In this document: positions 61,114-64,000 of the stretch, piece after piece
How positions within the stretch are numbered: position 1 is the stretch's first letter
How the letters are laid out: each line of letters begins with the position of its first letter
Origin: Heterodontus francisci
Lineage: Eukaryota
DNA length: 64,000 bases
Direction of reading: 5' to 3'
Assembly: GCF_036365525.1 (NCBI RefSeq)
Contig: NC_090383.1
Coordinates: forward strand, 12,451,384-12,515,383
The notes under the pieces: generated by a model
Database searches by the model: none
The model's input: the letters and a program-made list of their open reading frames with translations, nothing else
What the model was told of the DNA's origin: nothing
Made by a program: the position numbers and the translations under genes

Positions 61114-64000
61114 GTCTAGGGAACTCTGTTTAAATGCCATTACTTTTTAAGTCCCAGAAAGCACAATAAGTTTTTTTGGTCTGTTTTGGCACTGGAGACG
61201 TTCATTAAGGTCACCATTTCACACATCATTTGGTGATATGTATGCGAAATTAGTAACTTGTAATCAATCTAAAGGGTGCCATCTGTAATGTTGGAATTTT
61301 CAAAGTTCATTTGAAGTATATCTCTAGTTCAACAAAGACACGTAACTAGCATTGTAATTTAACTTCCTACTGATCCAAAGGGAGAACATTTTGTTCGCGT
61401 AGTGCAACTTGTTAAGTTGATTTCCTGGGGAAAGGTCTTTGCTTGATTTCTTTCTGTAGGGACAACAGCTTTGAGGCGCTGTTTCTTTTTGTGTAATTGT
61501 TTCTTTAGTGACATTAGCTATAAAAGAAATGGGAAATAAATTTTATGCAGAGTTTGTTGTATAAGTGCTTATTAATTGCAGCCTTAGATAATATGTACCT
61601 TTATTGTGTGATTAGTTTAACTTAACCAAAGATAGAATTGATTGGCTTATGCTAACTTAGGTACTGAGTTATTCAGATAATCAACATATAAGCCTCGCGA
61701 TCAGAGTTCTTGTTACTAAATGTATAGTTCTGTGTATTTAACCTGTTAATGTTTTATATGCATGTTTACTCTACCTCAAAGTTAACTTTTTTTTTGTACC
61801 TTAGGTGAAGTGTTTGCAGTATGTGGGAATTCAGCTGCACTTGGCAATTGGTACCCCCAGAAAGCAGTGTTTCTGGAACCAGATGCAAATGATAGGTAAG
61901 CGTAAGAGAGGATGAATTGTTTTTGGATAAAGTGGTCAGATTTGTGAAAATGTCTAATTGTGTACAATAATTTCAATCTACTTAGTCTGCCAGTTACCTA
62001 TCCTGTTTCTGCAGTTCTAGTTCATTAAAATGTATTTGTTTCTCTTAGCATATGTCTTTGTTCTCTCCTTATTTCTTTTTCCTACTGCCGGCCTTTTTCT
62101 GAAGATGAGATTGGGGGCTTAGTCTGTCAGTTGTTGCCCTGGGTGTTTTTAGGCTGTCGGAGTTGGGGGATCCATAATAGTAGAAAGGTGGTTATTTTGA
62201 CACAAGGTTGTGGCTAATACATTTCATTGATTAATTCCTTTGATATAGAAATGGGGGAAAAAATCTTGTCTAGACTTGAGAAGCAAAGCTGCAAATTACC
62301 CTGTTACAAGAGACACCTTTAAGCAATATTGAACAGGGACTGATTGTCAGATAGTTTTCCTACTATTATTGATAGCATAATATTTCTAAATTTGTTTGCC
62401 CTTTGCCTTTGACAGTTAAAGGCAGGTTCTGCTAGATCCTTGTTAATTGGGCTTAACTCCAGAAGTGCAGCAATGCTGACTTTGCCCGATTTAAAAAAAA
62501 AAAGACAAGAATATGGTGGAACCAGAGGGAGGACAGTTAATTCATGCAATTGATTGCTTTGGTGACTTTTACATCTGGACTAATTATCTCTAATCACCTA
62601 GTTCTGTATTTGCTATAAACTAACAACCACTTTAGAGTCTCAGTGATTCATGCATTTCCTTGGACTTTATGCTTAATAACATGCTTATTCCAATACCTTT
62701 TTTCCCTGGTATCAATCTGCAATCTACCTGCATTTTTGTCTACCCTCTTGATCCAAATTGGTAGCCAACTGTTGCCATGCGTTTAAAAGTGCTAACCAAT
62801 TTGGTTTGTGACAGCCTTAGAGTGCAAAATCAAATAACCATCTTAATAATATGTTTCTACCATTTTTCTGTAGCCTAATGTGGAGGACAGCGGTTATTCT
62901 CCCAGGAGCCACTCTTTTCCAATATCGCTATTTTAAATGTTCTGTCATGGAGCCCAAGGTAAGACCCATTTTCTGGACAGTACTAAATAATAAATGTCTA
63001 ATTTTTGATGGTTTTTTTGGAGCATCCTGCCATAGAATCTGGTAGATGATTTGTTCTCAAACTCTTCATTGCATAAGCAGTTACTTATAGGAGGTGGATA
63101 TGGCCTGGAAAGTTGCTTGATGTTTCATGGTTCTATTTTTCTCTCCCTCCCTCCTTCTGGAGAAAGGACAGGATTGGGCTCTCTACAGCTGAATAGCCCA
63201 CTGACGTTTGCTGTCACACAAAAGGAAGTTAACACTTCAGGGAGTAAGGAAGAGAAAATGGCAAAGTAAAAAAACCTGGCTTTAAAACGTTTGCTACTAA
63301 AAATACTTGCTTTTAACCCGCCCACCTATACAATGGATGCTCTCTGTAGTTTTGGCAGATAATATCTTACTGCTTCTGGTTAAACTTAAAAAAAAAAGTA
63401 TTAACTAGTAGAGGTAGTGTAGTACGTTACTCTGTTTCATTCTTTTGTTCCACATTAGCAACCTCAGTCTATATTGTGTTTTCAAAGATTCTCCTTCAGC
63501 AAATGTATAGACTTGACCCAAGTCCCTCCCCATCTCTTTTTGCATTGTGCTTTTACATGGGTGTTTGTTTTTGGTTGATTCATTTTAGCAGCAGTGAATA
63601 AACTGTTGCATTATCTTACTTACCTTTCTCTCAATTGGCAAGTTTCTTCAAAGATTTATTACCATTCGATTCCTTTTAATGATCATCTTGCAAATAATTC
63701 TATTTTTTCCACTTTACTTGGTTTTTAAAATGATTAGTGACATTTGGAGGAGCTAGTAACCTGAGTGCTTCAGTTTTAACTTAATTGGACTTCCTCAATT
63801 CACTAACAATTAAATATGTTCAAAACCAAACAAAAAATCAATTGATCTATTTAAAATATAAAAATCAACTGAAACTTATTGAAGTAAAAGAAAGCTAAGT
63901 TATTTATCAGTGTTGCCACTAGGATTTCTGTAAAAGTATAATGTGTTTGTGGCATTTATCTTTTGATGGAATGGTTGTGGCTGGAAAGAGTATTTTGAGC

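Noticed and set aside
1-64000. Prokaryotic-type systems (CRISPR, retron, operons)
   Set aside because: The sequence is eukaryotic and intron/TE-rich; all RT motifs belong to non-LTR retrotransposons and no repeat-spacer array was seen.

Overview
Repeat-dense vertebrate genomic DNA, almost certainly a shark/elasmobranch (HE1-type V-SINE, HER1/CR1 LINEs, SacSINE-like Deu-SINEs, Penelope-type short repeats). Most of the window is decayed transposable element: CR1, L2, RTE and a fourth APE-RT LINE family, tRNA-derived SINEs, PIF/Harbinger elements and MITEs, hAT MITEs and Penelope-like fragments with hammerhead-ribozyme cores. No listed long ORF is an intact gene. A CpG-rich promoter at about 50.1-50.9 kb (two CCAAT boxes, GC box) appears to drive an unidentified + strand gene, of which only 5' exons lie in the window. 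It may also drive a divergent - strand gene, inferred from four phase-compatible exons with no recognisable homology. Best leads: ~100-bp hammerhead-bearing inserts with target-site duplications, the divergent gene with one in-frame TGA, twin-priming-like 5' inversions in RTE and L2 copies, a SINE built from both ends of a co-resident LINE, and a three-level TE nest. All family names come from motif recognition by eye, not database searches, and many boundaries are approximate.
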